From the NCBI GenBank assembly GCA_035277785.1, contig DATEJX010000086.1, forward strand, positions 1-63,081: a stretch of 63,081 bases of DNA, in the 5' to 3' direction. Under the pieces are notes generated by a model. That model made no database searches. It was not told where the DNA came from and saw only the letters and a list, made by a program, of their open reading frames with translations. The position numbers and the translations under genes were made by a program. This DNA is from Candidatus Angelobacter sp. Lineage in GTDB: Bacteria; Acidobacteriota; Terriglobia; Terriglobales; Acidobacteriaceae. Below are positions 1 through 9,609 of this stretch, piece after piece (positions within the stretch are counted from its first letter, which is position 1; every line of letters begins with the position of its first letter).

Positions 1-52
1 AGTTCACGAAATTAGCAAGGAATTTAGCAGCGGACGAAGAGAGGAACCTAAA

Positions 53-2530
53 ATGACTTCGAAACTTATGCGAGCCCCGGGCAAGGAATTGGCTCAGCCC
101 CCAAAGGAGAGGTCCTTGCTGACTCGCGGCTTGTGGAAAGCTATAGCGGCCCTGGCGGTATTGGCTCTGACGTCAGTGCTTCAGGCACAGACGATTAATA
201 ACAGCACACTGATCGGGAGATCGGGAATCAACATGCCGCGCGGCATGATTCTCGCCGAGGTGCCCAACCCAGCATCACCCGGCACCTTTGTCACCGACTG
301 GTGGATATCAGATTCGATTGCCGGCTTCTGTCGTCTCGATGCCAATGGCGCGCTGGAGCCGGCCACCTGCGACATCAATGGCGTCCTGGAGCCTCATGAC
401 TACCAGGCTGAAACCTTTGGAGTCAATGGTTCCAATGGCTACGTCTTCGTGGGAGCCGTTGGCGGTGTGGAACGTATCAGCTTCACTCTTGACGCCGCGG
501 GCCGTACAACCATTGCTCCCGGCACGCAGTTTATGTTGAGCATCGACTCGCTGTTCACAAATAATACGGCGATTACAGGAAGGCCGGCCCAATTGAGGAT
601 CGACAGCGCCTCGCTCGGCCCCGATGGCAAGTTGTACGTAATGTTTTTCGGCAACACGGACATCTGGCGCGTGCTCAATCCGCTTTCACCCACCTTCACG
701 CCGCAGGGCAACAAGGTTGAGCGTGTGGGCGTGACAGAAGGTACAGGCGGTCGAGGCACCAGCATGGCCTGGATTGGTCATGACTTGTGGATGGTCGATG
801 TAGGCTTCATCAACCGCATCCAGGATGCTGACCAGTGCTTTTACACGTTCCCCAAGTGTTCCGCGGTGCTCCAGTTCCGCAACCTGTACTCTGAAGGCGG
901 AATGGCCTCTGACCAGTTCATTTCTTCCATTCCCAATGGCCGTTACCTGTACTTCGGCAACGGCAGCCGTGTGGTGCGCTATGACACCACCACGCCGGGA
1001 TTGATGGAGGTCTGGAACCAGCAGGGATTACTGCCGGGGGGCACACCTCAGCATTACTCGCTGATTACCGGCATCAACTTTATTCAGACCCTGACTCCGA
1101 CGCCGCTGAATCCAACCGCGACTGACCCGGGCCCGTCATTTATTGAAGATATGACCGTGGTGATGGATCCGTTCGTCAATGCGCTGTTTCCTCCGGCAAC
1201 TCTGGTTGCGGTGCGCAACAATGCCGGCAAGGCCTGGTTGCTGCCAGGTACTGCAACACTTACGCCGGAATCGTTGTGCGACGGACTGGGGACCACAGCG
1301 GTGATCGAGAATCCTCCGGGATGCGCGATCGCTTTGATCGGAAACAACGGGCAGGACGCGTCACCCAACCCCATTGCCTCCAAGCGCGCCGTTCTGCTCG
1401 CTTCGGGCATAACTCATCCCCGCGGCTTGTTGTGGCTCGACAGTAACTGGTGGGTTTCCGACGAAGCTCTCGGCTTCTGCCGCATTGATCAGAATCCCAT
1501 TACCGGCGCAGGAACACTGACCAATTGCTTCCAGGCGGACCAGAACTTCTTTCCGGGACAACCCGCCGCCTCCGCGCCGGACCCGACCACCGGTCAGCAG
1601 CTTGTCTACGTTCCGGATGCATCGGGCTTCACTTCCGCCGTTTACCGTTTCATCTTCACTCCGAACGGCGTTGGCGGCACCCTGGTGCTGAACGGCGTTC
1701 TCGATGGCACGGGCAGCAGAAAGGGCACCATTCTTGAGAGTGTGGCCCTGCCTACCGGCCCCTTCAATGATGGTGCGCTGTACCTGTTGTACGCTGACAG
1801 CAGCTTCATTGAGAAGATCACCAATCCCTCCACCGCTCCTGGCGCGCCGGTTCAGATTGCTCGTTTATTCAACGGACTCGGCGGGATCAGCATGGCATTC
1901 AATGGCAATGACCTTTACATCTCTGAGCTCGGCCCGCCGCCCATTGACGGCCAGTTCATCAAGAAAGGTGTTGTCACCAACCTGCTGAAGGCTTCACCCA
2001 GCATGTCTCAGGGCAGCGCCTCACCGGTGAAACGAGCCATCGCCCGGCTGCAAACGCCGCAAATTATCGTGGAAAATCCTGGCGGATTCGCAGTGGGCCC
2101 CACTACCACCCGGCCAACCTGTCTGCCGCCCCCGGGCGTAGCCCTTTCACCCAGCGTGCCGGACGATCCGGCAACCACTCCCGCGTTCTATATCGGAACC
2201 CTTGGACTGACCGCCGATGGCGTGTTCAATCCTGGTGTCACCAATGGACTGGGCGAGGCGCCGGAAGTCGATCAGTTTGACTTCATCTGCAACGTGCAGC
2301 AGGTGTGGGTGACTGAGGGGACCGTAGACCCGCTTCTGAGTTCCAATGTTCCGCTAGGCGCGGTCACGGCCATGGGATTCAGCGGCAACCAGGCGGATTC
2401 GATTCTCGCTATTGGCGATGATCCAGCGGTGCTCGTACCCATCCAGAGCCGGCAACACGGAGTCATTCGCAAGAACGGAATTCCGGGAACGGGAGCTACC
2501 GGTCAAGGCCATGTTTATATTGTCCCGTAA
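53..2530 (+). CDS. Secreted 825-aa repeat protein of unknown family, probably a beta-propeller-like fold, with a two-fold internal duplication
   Basis: Long ORF with ATG at 53 preceded by AGAGGAA. The N-terminus has a basic region followed by a hydrophobic segment ending AVLALTSVLQAQ, which looks like a signal peptide. The signature PRG[ML]..(n)..WW[IV]SD...GFCR[LI]D occurs twice, near nt 233-345 and 1414-1490. A strong intrinsic terminator follows the stop. Confidence 0.8.
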   Translation: MTSKLMRAPGKELAQPPKERSLLTRGLWKAIAALAVLALTSVLQAQTINNSTLIGRSGINMPRGMILAEVPNPASPGTFVTDWWISDSIAGFCRLDANGALEPATCDINGVLEPHDYQAETFGVNGSNGYVFVGAVGGVERISFTLDAAGRTTIAPGTQFMLSIDSLFTNNTAITGRPAQLRIDSASLGPDGKLYVMFFGNTDIWRVLNPLSPTFTPQGNKVERVGVTEGTGGRGTSMAWIGHDLWMVDVGFINRIQDADQCFYTFPKCSAVLQFRNLYSEGGMASDQFISSIPNGRYLYFGNGSRVVRYDTTTPGLMEVWNQQGLLPGGTPQHYSLITGINFIQTLTPTPLNPTATDPGPSFIEDMTVVMDPFVNALFPPATLVAVRNNAGKAWLLPGTATLTPESLCDGLGTTAVIENPPGCAIALIGNNGQDASPNPIASKRAVLLASGITHPRGLLWLDSNWWVSDEALGFCRIDQNPITGAGTLTNCFQADQNFFPGQPAASAPDPTTGQQLVYVPDASGFTSAVYRFIFTPNGVGGTLVLNGVLDGTGSRKGTILESVALPTGPFNDGALYLLYADSSFIEKITNPSTAPGAPVQIARLFNGLGGISMAFNGNDLYISELGPPPIDGQFIKKGVVTNLLKASPSMSQGSASPVKRAIARLQTPQIIVENPGGFAVGPTTTRPTCLPPPGVALSPSVPDDPATTPAFYIGTLGLTADGVFNPGVTNGLGEAPEVDQFDFICNVQQVWVTEGTVDPLLSSNVPLGAVTAMGFSGNQADSILAIGDDPAVLVPIQSRQHGVIRKNGIPGTGATGQGHVYIVP

Positions 2531-2551
2531 CAATGCAACCGTCTAACACTC

Positions 2552-2587
2552 GGCCGGCGAGGAATATTTCGCCGGCCTTTTTTATTT
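2552..2587 (+). terminator. Rho-independent terminator after ORF 53-2530
   Basis: GGCCGGCGA (2552-2560) pairs with TCGCCGGCC (2569-2577), followed by TTTTTTATTT. Confidence 0.75.
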
Positions 2588-3018
2588 AGCGATCGACTGA
2601 ACCTCTCCGATTTGCTGGGGTTGCTGGTCCTAGATAACCAAGAGTATTGGAAGTGCTAATCCTAATTAGATAAGAGATTGTCACTTAATCGACCAAGAAA
2701 ATCGCCAAGGGACGGTCAGTTGTTGAATACAAAGAAGCTAGCCTCGAAACGATTACTAGAGGTGCGTTGCGGAACAAAAAATGATTGCGAGCTAAACCAA
2801 TACTAGTTATGCTCAACGCAACCAGAGATCCTGAAAATCGACGCTTCCGGCTGAGCTATCGATTTGAGCCGTCGCTCGGACCAGTTCATACATCGTGAAT
2901 CTGAGCGCGGCGAACATCCAGGCAGATCCCCCAGAAAACAAAGCTGGCCGTCCGAGAAGTGCGCATTGGTTCGTGCGCTTATGGACGCCTGTGTTTTAGA
3001 TATTTGGAGAAAAGGCAA

Positions 3019-6000
3019 ATGAATGCTTCTGTGTCGTCGCGCGTTTGGAACTTCTTTAGACAAATGAGCGGCAAACTTCCGGGTCGGGTTGCAATCAAGG
3101 CCGGCGTGTTGACCACGACGGCATTTCTCGTGTTTTCGTCCGCGCAGGCACAGAGAGTCACGACCACAATCGGCTCCGGGACATCTCCTGCGGCCATTGA
3201 GGTCAATCCGGTAACAAACAAAGTTTATGTTGCCAACAGTGGCAGCAACAATGTGACCGTGATTGATGGCGCGACGAACAGCACGGTCACGGTGACTGCG
3301 GGAACTGGTCCGACCGCGCTGGCCGTGAACCCGGTCAGCAACAAGATTTACGTCGCCAACCAGGGCGGAACGGTCACGGTAATCAACGGCAGCGATAACT
3401 CCACAACTTCTGTGAACGCAGGCACCACACCGGCGGCGATTGCCGTAAATCCGGTGAGCAACAAAATCTATGTGGCCAATAGCGGAAGCTCAAACGTTAC
3501 CGTAATCAATGGAGCCACGGATACGGCGATCGGGAACATAACTGTCGGCACCACTCCTGCCGCGCTTGCGGTCAATCCGGTGACGAACCGGATCTACGTG
3601 GCCAACAACGGCAGCGCCAACGTGACCGTGATCGATGGATCGAGTGACAGCGCAATAACCAACGTAAGCGCCGGCACACAACCGGCGGCAGTGACCGTTA
3701 ACCCTGCCACGAACAAAATCTATGTGGCTAACCAGGGTGGTGGGGTTACAGAAATTAATGGCGCCAACAATACCGCGGTAATCGCCATCGCGGCCGCACT
3801 TGCCCCGGCCATGGCCGTAAATCCAGTTACCAACAAAATCTACATCGCGAACAACGGAGCAGACAGCTTGTCTTTTGTGGATGGAGCTGCTGCCGATGGC
3901 ACTGCTGCCGGGACCATTTCCGCCGGGCCTTCAGTCACGCACCCGACGGCACTCGCGGTGAACCCTGTCACCAACACGATTTACGTGGCTAATGGCGGCG
4001 GTGCAGTGGGCGGACTTACGCCAATTAACGGCGCAAATAACACCGCAGGCATAACCCTGATTGTAGGTTCGGGTCCTGTGGCCGTTGCCGTGAATCCGGT
4101 AACGAACAAAATCTATGTCGCGAATGGAACCAGCAATAACGTATCCGTTGTTGACGGGTCCACAAATACCAGCTCCAGCGTGACCGTGGGTACGCAGCCG
4201 AGCGGTGTTGCAGTAAATCCGGTGACCAACAAGATTTATGTCCCCAACGCTGCTGACGGAACCCTGACCGTCATCAATGGGAGCAACGGCACAACGGCTC
4301 CTGTGACCGTAGGAACCAGCCCCGGAGCAGTGGCAGTTAATCCCATTACGAACAAAATCTATGTCGCCAACGTGGGCGATCTTGTCGGCAATATCACGAT
4401 AATCGACGGCGCCACAAATACTGCAATCACCGTAAACGTCGGCTCAGAACCCAAAGCTCTTGCTGTGAATACAGTTACCAACAAGATTTATATCGCCAAT
4501 ACTCTTGATGGCACAGTAAGCGTGGTGAACGGAGCCACCAACACAGTCAGCGGGACGATAACCGTGGGCGGCGCGCCACTGGCTTTGGCCGTGAACAGTG
4601 CGACAGATAAGATTTACGCGGTCAACGCGAACGACAACACGGTTACAGTGATTGATGGTTCCACAGACATAGCGGTTGCGACCATTCCTGTGGGCTTCAG
4701 GCCCAACGCAGTGGCAGTCAATCCAGTCACAAACAAGATCTACGTCGCTAATGAATTTCCCAACCCCAACGGCACGGTGACCGTAATTGATGGCAGCAGC
4801 AATTCGACCACCAGCGTACAGGCCGGCAACACTCCGTTCGCGGTAGCAGTTAACCCGGTCACCAACAAAATTTATGTGGCAAATATAAACGGCGCATCCA
4901 TCACAGTCATTGATGGGGCCACAAATACGCCAGCTACCATCAACGTGGGAACTGGGCCCGCGGGACTTGCGATCAATACCCTTAGCAACAAAATTTATGT
5001 AACTGACAGCAGTGCTGCCAGCGTGAGCGTGATTGATGGCGCTACCGGTACAGTTTTCTCCATTGCCGCTGGTACTGATCCCAGACCCATCGGATTCAAT
5101 CCAATTACCAACAGTGTGTACGTTGCCAACCAGACCAGCAATAACGTTACAGTCATCGCGGAACAGCAAGTTCAGGCCAGCCCGCTGGTCACAAGCGTGA
5201 CGCCGCTTACGGGGAATACTACGGGCAGTTCGACACCGACATTCCACTTCTCCGCCAGCAGCAGCTTTGCGCCGACGGCGCCTCCAGTAACTAACGTTTA
5301 CTTCCAGTTGGATTCATGGCAGGGAGCCTGGCTCGCGGCCACGGGCAGCGGAGGAAGCTTCAGCGGCACCGCTCCGGCGCTCACAGCCGGTACCCACGTC
5401 CTCTACGCCTTCGCGGCTGACGGGCAGCATGCAACGTCAACCAACACGGGCAACGGCAGCAGTCCGCTTACGGGCTCAATGACTGCTTATCTGTTCAACA
5501 ATACTGCCAGCGGCGCTTCCACCAGCACTGCTCTCGATTCTTCAGTCAATCCGTCCACTGCCGGACAAAGTGTGACGTTCACGGCAACTGTGACTGGAAC
5601 TGGATCGACTCCAACCGGCTCTGTGGCCTTCCGCGATGGTTCCTCCACGATTAACAGCGCCACTCTGGACGCGGGAGGACAGGCGACGTTTACAACCTCT
5701 ACGCTGACTGCCGGAACACACTCGATGACCGCCGTTTACTCGGGCGATGCAAACTCCGCGGGCAGCATCTCGCCTGTGGTGACGCAGACGGTTCAGGGTC
5801 AAACCTCCACCACTAGCGTACTTTCTTCACTTAATCCCTCGACTGCCGGACAATCGGTCACGTTCACGGCAACCGTCACAGGGACCGGCGGAACTCCAAC
5901 CGGCGCGGTACTTTTCTTTGACGGTACGACTTCCATTGGAAGTGGAACTCTGGACGCTACGGGTCAGGCTTCAATCTCTACTGCATCACTGGTGGTTGGC

Positions 6001-7548
6001 ACGCACTCAATTACCGCCGCATACCAGGGCGATGCTACTTTTGATCCCAGCACATCCACCGTGCTCAGCCAGGACGTCAACGGAATCGCAACCACCATAT
6101 CGGTGGCCACATCGCAGAACCCGGTGGTATTTGGAAATCCAGTCACGTTCACGGCAACCGTAAGCAGCGGTTCTGGAACGCCCACTGGCACAGTAACCTT
6201 CTTTGATGGTGCAGCGGCCATTGGAACCGGAACGCTGGTTTCAGGTAAGGCAACTTTCGTCACTTCTGATCTGAACGTGGCAGTACACAGCATCACCGCG
6301 TCCTATGCTGCGAATACCACGTTTGCGGGAAGCACCTCTGCCGCAATAGCGCAGTCAATCACGCAGGCATCAACCACTACCGGCTTGACATCCTCGCCCA
6401 ATCCGTCCGGAGTTGGGCAGTCGGTCACGTTTACAGCCACCATCAACAGCGCTGCTGCGGCCACCCCAACTGGAAGTGTTCAGTTCAAGGAAGGAGCCGC
6501 AGTGCTCGGTTCCACCAGCGTGGATGTCAGCGGTCACGCTACGTTCACAACTTCATCTCTGTCGCTGGGCACGCATTCCATCACGGCCGGATACCTGGGC
6601 GACACCAATTTCACTGCCAGCACGTCCACGGCTGTTTCACAAGTGGTGAATCAGCCGACCGCAAGCACTACTACGTCGGTTACCTCGTCAGCCAATCCTT
6701 CGACCACGGGCCAGTCGGTTACTTTCACTGCCACAGTCAGCAGTACTTCGCCCGGAACGCCCTCAGGAACCGTTTCATTCCTTGATGGGGCGAACTCGAT
6801 TGGAAGCGGGACGCTGAGCGCAGGCAAGGCAACCCTGACCACATCCGCTCTGGCCGCGGGATCTCATTCGATCACTGCTAAGTATTCCGGTGATTCCACG
6901 TTCGGGACCAGTACCTCTGCGGCTTTGACCCAAACCGTGAACACTCCGCCGCCGGACTTCAGCGTAAGCGGTAACGGAACGGGCGCCACCTCAGCTACCG
7001 TTGTTGCCGGACAATCCGCAAATTATGCGCTGCAACTGGCACTCACAGGTGGTACGGGCTCCCTCAACGTAACAATTTCCTGCAGCGGTGCACCGGCAAA
7101 GGCAACTTGTACCGGACCCGCAGCGCCGGTGATCGTTTCCGGTTCCACTCCAACCATCGTCAACATAGACGTGACCACCACGGCGCGATCATCTGCTCTG
7201 CCGCCTTCATCCGGGCATAAGCCAATGAACCTGTTGCCCATCGCCGGAATCATGGCTCTTCTGTCGCTGATGTTCTGGATGGTGGCAACAAGCAAGATGC
7301 GACTGAAGGCAGCTATTGCCTGGCCGGCAATCGCCAACGTGTCCGGGAGGAAGTTTGCATATTTTGCCCCATCACTCGTTCTACTCGCAGCCATGACCGT
7401 GATGAGCGGTTGCGGCGGCGGAGGTGGCACACCACCTCCTCCTCCGCCTGTAGTCACCGGCACCCCGGCGGGAACTTACACGCTGACGGTGACCGCGACA
7501 TCAGGCAATGTAACTCATACACAAGCACTCACGTTAACAGTACAGTAG
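3019..7548 (+). CDS. Large secreted YVTN-type beta-propeller repeat / Ig-like domain repeat protein (1,509 aa) with a C-terminal transmembrane hairpin
   Basis: The ORF is open from 2959. I prefer ATG 3019 because it is preceded by GGAGAAAAGG. Signal-like N-terminus (..TTTAFLVFSSAQAQ). By my count there are 16 tandem ~40-aa repeats (VNPVTNKIYVAN..NVTVIDG.. consensus) and five ~95-aa Ig-like repeats (NPSTAGQSVTFTATV..GTPTG.V.F.DG..GTHSITA.Y.GD). The tail has two hydrophobic helices. Confidence 0.9.
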   Translation: MNASVSSRVWNFFRQMSGKLPGRVAIKAGVLTTTAFLVFSSAQAQRVTTTIGSGTSPAAIEVNPVTNKVYVANSGSNNVTVIDGATNSTVTVTAGTGPTALAVNPVSNKIYVANQGGTVTVINGSDNSTTSVNAGTTPAAIAVNPVSNKIYVANSGSSNVTVINGATDTAIGNITVGTTPAALAVNPVTNRIYVANNGSANVTVIDGSSDSAITNVSAGTQPAAVTVNPATNKIYVANQGGGVTEINGANNTAVIAIAAALAPAMAVNPVTNKIYIANNGADSLSFVDGAAADGTAAGTISAGPSVTHPTALAVNPVTNTIYVANGGGAVGGLTPINGANNTAGITLIVGSGPVAVAVNPVTNKIYVANGTSNNVSVVDGSTNTSSSVTVGTQPSGVAVNPVTNKIYVPNAADGTLTVINGSNGTTAPVTVGTSPGAVAVNPITNKIYVANVGDLVGNITIIDGATNTAITVNVGSEPKALAVNTVTNKIYIANTLDGTVSVVNGATNTVSGTITVGGAPLALAVNSATDKIYAVNANDNTVTVIDGSTDIAVATIPVGFRPNAVAVNPVTNKIYVANEFPNPNGTVTVIDGSSNSTTSVQAGNTPFAVAVNPVTNKIYVANINGASITVIDGATNTPATINVGTGPAGLAINTLSNKIYVTDSSAASVSVIDGATGTVFSIAAGTDPRPIGFNPITNSVYVANQTSNNVTVIAEQQVQASPLVTSVTPLTGNTTGSSTPTFHFSASSSFAPTAPPVTNVYFQLDSWQGAWLAATGSGGSFSGTAPALTAGTHVLYAFAADGQHATSTNTGNGSSPLTGSMTAYLFNNTASGASTSTALDSSVNPSTAGQSVTFTATVTGTGSTPTGSVAFRDGSSTINSATLDAGGQATFTTSTLTAGTHSMTAVYSGDANSAGSISPVVTQTVQGQTSTTSVLSSLNPSTAGQSVTFTATVTGTGGTPTGAVLFFDGTTSIGSGTLDATGQASISTASLVVGTHSITAAYQGDATFDPSTSTVLSQDVNGIATTISVATSQNPVVFGNPVTFTATVSSGSGTPTGTVTFFDGAAAIGTGTLVSGKATFVTSDLNVAVHSITASYAANTTFAGSTSAAIAQSITQASTTTGLTSSPNPSGVGQSVTFTATINSAAAATPTGSVQFKEGAAVLGSTSVDVSGHATFTTSSLSLGTHSITAGYLGDTNFTASTSTAVSQVVNQPTASTTTSVTSSANPSTTGQSVTFTATVSSTSPGTPSGTVSFLDGANSIGSGTLSAGKATLTTSALAAGSHSITAKYSGDSTFGTSTSAALTQTVNTPPPDFSVSGNGTGATSATVVAGQSANYALQLALTGGTGSLNVTISCSGAPAKATCTGPAAPVIVSGSTPTIVNIDVTTTARSSALPPSSGHKPMNLLPIAGIMALLSLMFWMVATSKMRLKAAIAWPAIANVSGRKFAYFAPSLVLLAAMTVMSGCGGGGGTPPPPPPVVTGTPAGTYTLTVTATSGNVTHTQALTLTVQ
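3180..5165 (+). repeat. In-frame array of 16 YVTN-type propeller-blade repeats (~120-130 nt period)
   Basis: NP[VI][TS]NKIYVAN followed by [NS]VTVI[DN]G recurs 16 times in the translated ORF. Confidence 0.85.
5510..6945 (+). repeat. In-frame array of five Ig-like (bacterial Ig group-3-like) domain repeats (~285 nt period)
   Basis: The block NPS.[AV]GQSVTFTATV....TPTG.V.F.[DE]G....G...L...G.A.F.T..L..G.HS[IM]TA.Y.GD recurs five times. Confidence 0.8.
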
Positions 7549-7566
7549 AAGAGCGGAGGGAAACTG

Positions 7567-8703
7567 GTGCGGCTTTCAACCATACGTTGGACTCGAGCAA
7601 TATCAAAAGTTCGGCGCAAAAGATTAAATCTGCAGCCGGCGAACACATTTGTGCTCGCGGTGCTGTTGTGCGTGTTCATGCTGATGGCTGGTTGCGTGAT
7701 TTCTCCGCGCAGATTGTGCAATGGCTGCACCAACGCCACTCCCACCCCAACTCCCGGCGGGTCGCCCAGTCCCACGCCCACCCCTGCGCCTGGAGCACCT
7801 GGCAAGCTCTATGTTTCAGATCCTAACAACAACTCCATCCTGCGATTTGATGGAGCGAATACAGCCAACGGTAATCTTGCGCCCATAGCAACCATCCAGG
7901 GCACGTCCACGCTGATCAATTCCCCGCAGCACATTTTTGTGGATGGCCCGTCAGATACGTTGTATGTGGCCAACCAGGGAAATGTTTTGGCCTTCGCCAG
8001 CGCAAGCACCAAGTCGGGCGACGTGGCCCCCGACCGGAACATCAATGGCGTTGCCACTGGCCTGAATGCGCCGGTTGACGTGAGCTTCGACGACGCAAAG
8101 GACCTTCTTTATGTGGCCGATACTCGTGACGTGCTTGTCTTCAACAATGCGTCTACCGCAACTGGAAACGTCGCCTTTCTGCACGACATCAAAGTTGGAT
8201 TTGTAATTTCCGCTCTCTTCCTTGATTCCACCAATGACCGGCTCTATCTGGCTGATTCCGCAGCGAATGCCATCCACGTTTTTGACAGTGCCAGCACTCT
8301 GAACAACACTGTGGCGCCTACCAGGTCCATTAACGGCGCTTCAACTCAGTTGAACCAGCCGGCTGGAATCGTCGTGGATCCTGTGGGCAAGCTGGTTGTG
8401 GATAACGCGAATGGTTCGATTCTTATTTTCGTCAACGCAGCCGCAGTGACCGGAAACGCCACTCCGCAGGTCATCATCTCAGGGGCGAACACCACCTTGA
8501 ACAATCCTGCACAAATTGCTGTGAGCGCTTCCAGTTCGCTGGTGGAACTCTTTGTCGCCAATTTCGGCGGCGGCAACGTGCCAATCTTTTCTGATCTTGG
8601 CTCCAAATCTGGCAATATTGCACCCAGCCGCAACATCAACGGAGCGTCTACAGGTCTTTCTGCCTCCGGCGTTCGCGGCATCACTTTGGACACCACGCGA
8701 TAA
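7567..8703 (+). CDS. Lipoprotein with a six-bladed NHL-like beta-propeller (378 aa)
   Basis: GTG at 7567 lies 6 nt after GGAGGG and 18 nt after the upstream stop, so it is probably co-transcribed. The N-terminus has a basic region, a hydrophobic run and a lipobox-like LMAG-C. A Pro/Thr linker follows. Six repeats of G[ND].AP.R.I.G..T.LN.P......D...LYVAD....[IV].[VI]F. Confidence 0.85.
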   Translation: MRLSTIRWTRAISKVRRKRLNLQPANTFVLAVLLCVFMLMAGCVISPRRLCNGCTNATPTPTPGGSPSPTPTPAPGAPGKLYVSDPNNNSILRFDGANTANGNLAPIATIQGTSTLINSPQHIFVDGPSDTLYVANQGNVLAFASASTKSGDVAPDRNINGVATGLNAPVDVSFDDAKDLLYVADTRDVLVFNNASTATGNVAFLHDIKVGFVISALFLDSTNDRLYLADSAANAIHVFDSASTLNNTVAPTRSINGASTQLNQPAGIVVDPVGKLVVDNANGSILIFVNAAAVTGNATPQVIISGANTTLNNPAQIAVSASSSLVELFVANFGGGNVPIFSDLGSKSGNIAPSRNINGASTGLSASGVRGITLDTTR

Positions 8704-8716
8704 AAGGCTCCTCTTT

Positions 8717-8758
8717 CCGCGAGACCCATCCTTAAGTTTTTAGGTGGTTGTCTCGCGG
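8717..8758 (+). terminator. Extended stem-loop directly after the stop of 7567-8703; no U-tract, so it may be a weak terminator or an RNA-stabilising hairpin
   Basis: CCGCGAGAC (8717-8725) pairs with GTCTCGCGG (8750-8758), with further imperfect pairing inside the loop. It is followed by TGTCTGCG rather than a T-run. Confidence 0.35.
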
Positions 8759-9609
8759 TGTCTGCGCTGCAACTTGTCGCATTAGGACGTTCCTGATGCA
8801 GAGCTGAATCTTAAAGCGTGCGGATTAGTGTCTTTAATTCCCGCTTAATCTCCCACTAATTACCTCGCCTCAAGATGGTGTCCGGATTCTTCAGAGATGG
8901 AAGATGAGCGTGCGTTCCCTCCTCGCTCCTTCCGCGACTGAGATCTTTTTCCTTCCGGGAATTGATTTCCAGCAATGCCGACGGTTGTTTCTCGCTTTTG
9001 GGGCGGGACCAGATTAGGCAAATTAATCGGTCTCTAACGAACCTCTAACGCGCACTTTGTAGCTTTGGCGCGACGTATCGGATTGCGATGTATAGGGCGC
9101 AGCCGGCTCGCCTGGCATGTTTGCCCATCTCGCAACCACTTTGCAGTACCTGGACTTGATTTAGGCACAAGATCGCGCTCCATGAAGACGCGATCGGAGA
9201 AACTCATGACTTCCGCACGCTCGGTGTTTTTGTATTTGTGTGTGAGCCTCGCGGCCGTGGCAGCATTGGCGCTTACCGCCGCTGCAGCGCCGTCAAGCGG
9301 CTCCCCTTCCCGCTGCGCCGGAATTTCTTCCGCTTCCAACCCTGAGTTTCTAAGCGGCCACTCCTTCAGATTTGCCAGCCAAACAATTGCCACTGCTGCG
9401 AACCAAGTGTTCGCGCCCGCGCATGCGGGCGGACCTATGCGTGTGGCTTCGGCTTCCAGGTCCGCAAGTGCGGGCCACAGATTTCAGAACGCACAAAACG
9501 CTGGATCCACGGTGGTCGATGGTGGCTCCGGCGGGCGCAATGAAAAGCGCGGAACGGGATCCCTTTGAGTTTCAAAAATTCTTCTTCACGGTTTCTTTGG
9601 AGGAAAGCC

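Noticed and set aside
2803-3063. 86-aa minus-strand ORF in the spacer upstream of the YVTN gene.
   Set aside because: It overlaps the likely RBS and start of 3019-7548, has no RBS of its own, and has odd composition. The AT-richer spacer is more likely a promoter or leader.
3180-5165. Dense N-x-S/T sequons (NVT, NST, NTS) in the YVTN repeats as a sign of N-glycosylation.
   Set aside because: The Asn/Thr/Ser positions are part of the repeat-family consensus itself. No oligosaccharyltransferase is present and there is no acidic -2 residue pattern.
4444-5247. 267-aa antisense ORF inside the YVTN gene. Similar long antisense ORFs occur at 9885-10448, 14214-14786 and 18423-18986 inside the giant gene.
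   Set aside because: These are shadow ORFs of GC-rich repetitive coding sequence. Their translations are Arg/Cys/His-rich or low-complexity with no motifs, while the sense frames carry clear domain repeats.
9108-9126. TGGCAT..TTGC-like sequence resembling a sigma-54 (-24/-12) promoter upstream of the giant gene.
   Set aside because: The GG to GC spacing is about 8 nt rather than the required spacing of about 12 nt from the first G of GG to the G of GC, so it does not fit the -24/-12 geometry.
9065-9205. N-terminal extension (from 9065) of the small ORF upstream of the giant gene.
   Set aside because: The extension is Arg/Cys/Gly-rich with no RBS. If the ORF is real at all, ATG 9206 with GGAGA upstream is the only supported start.
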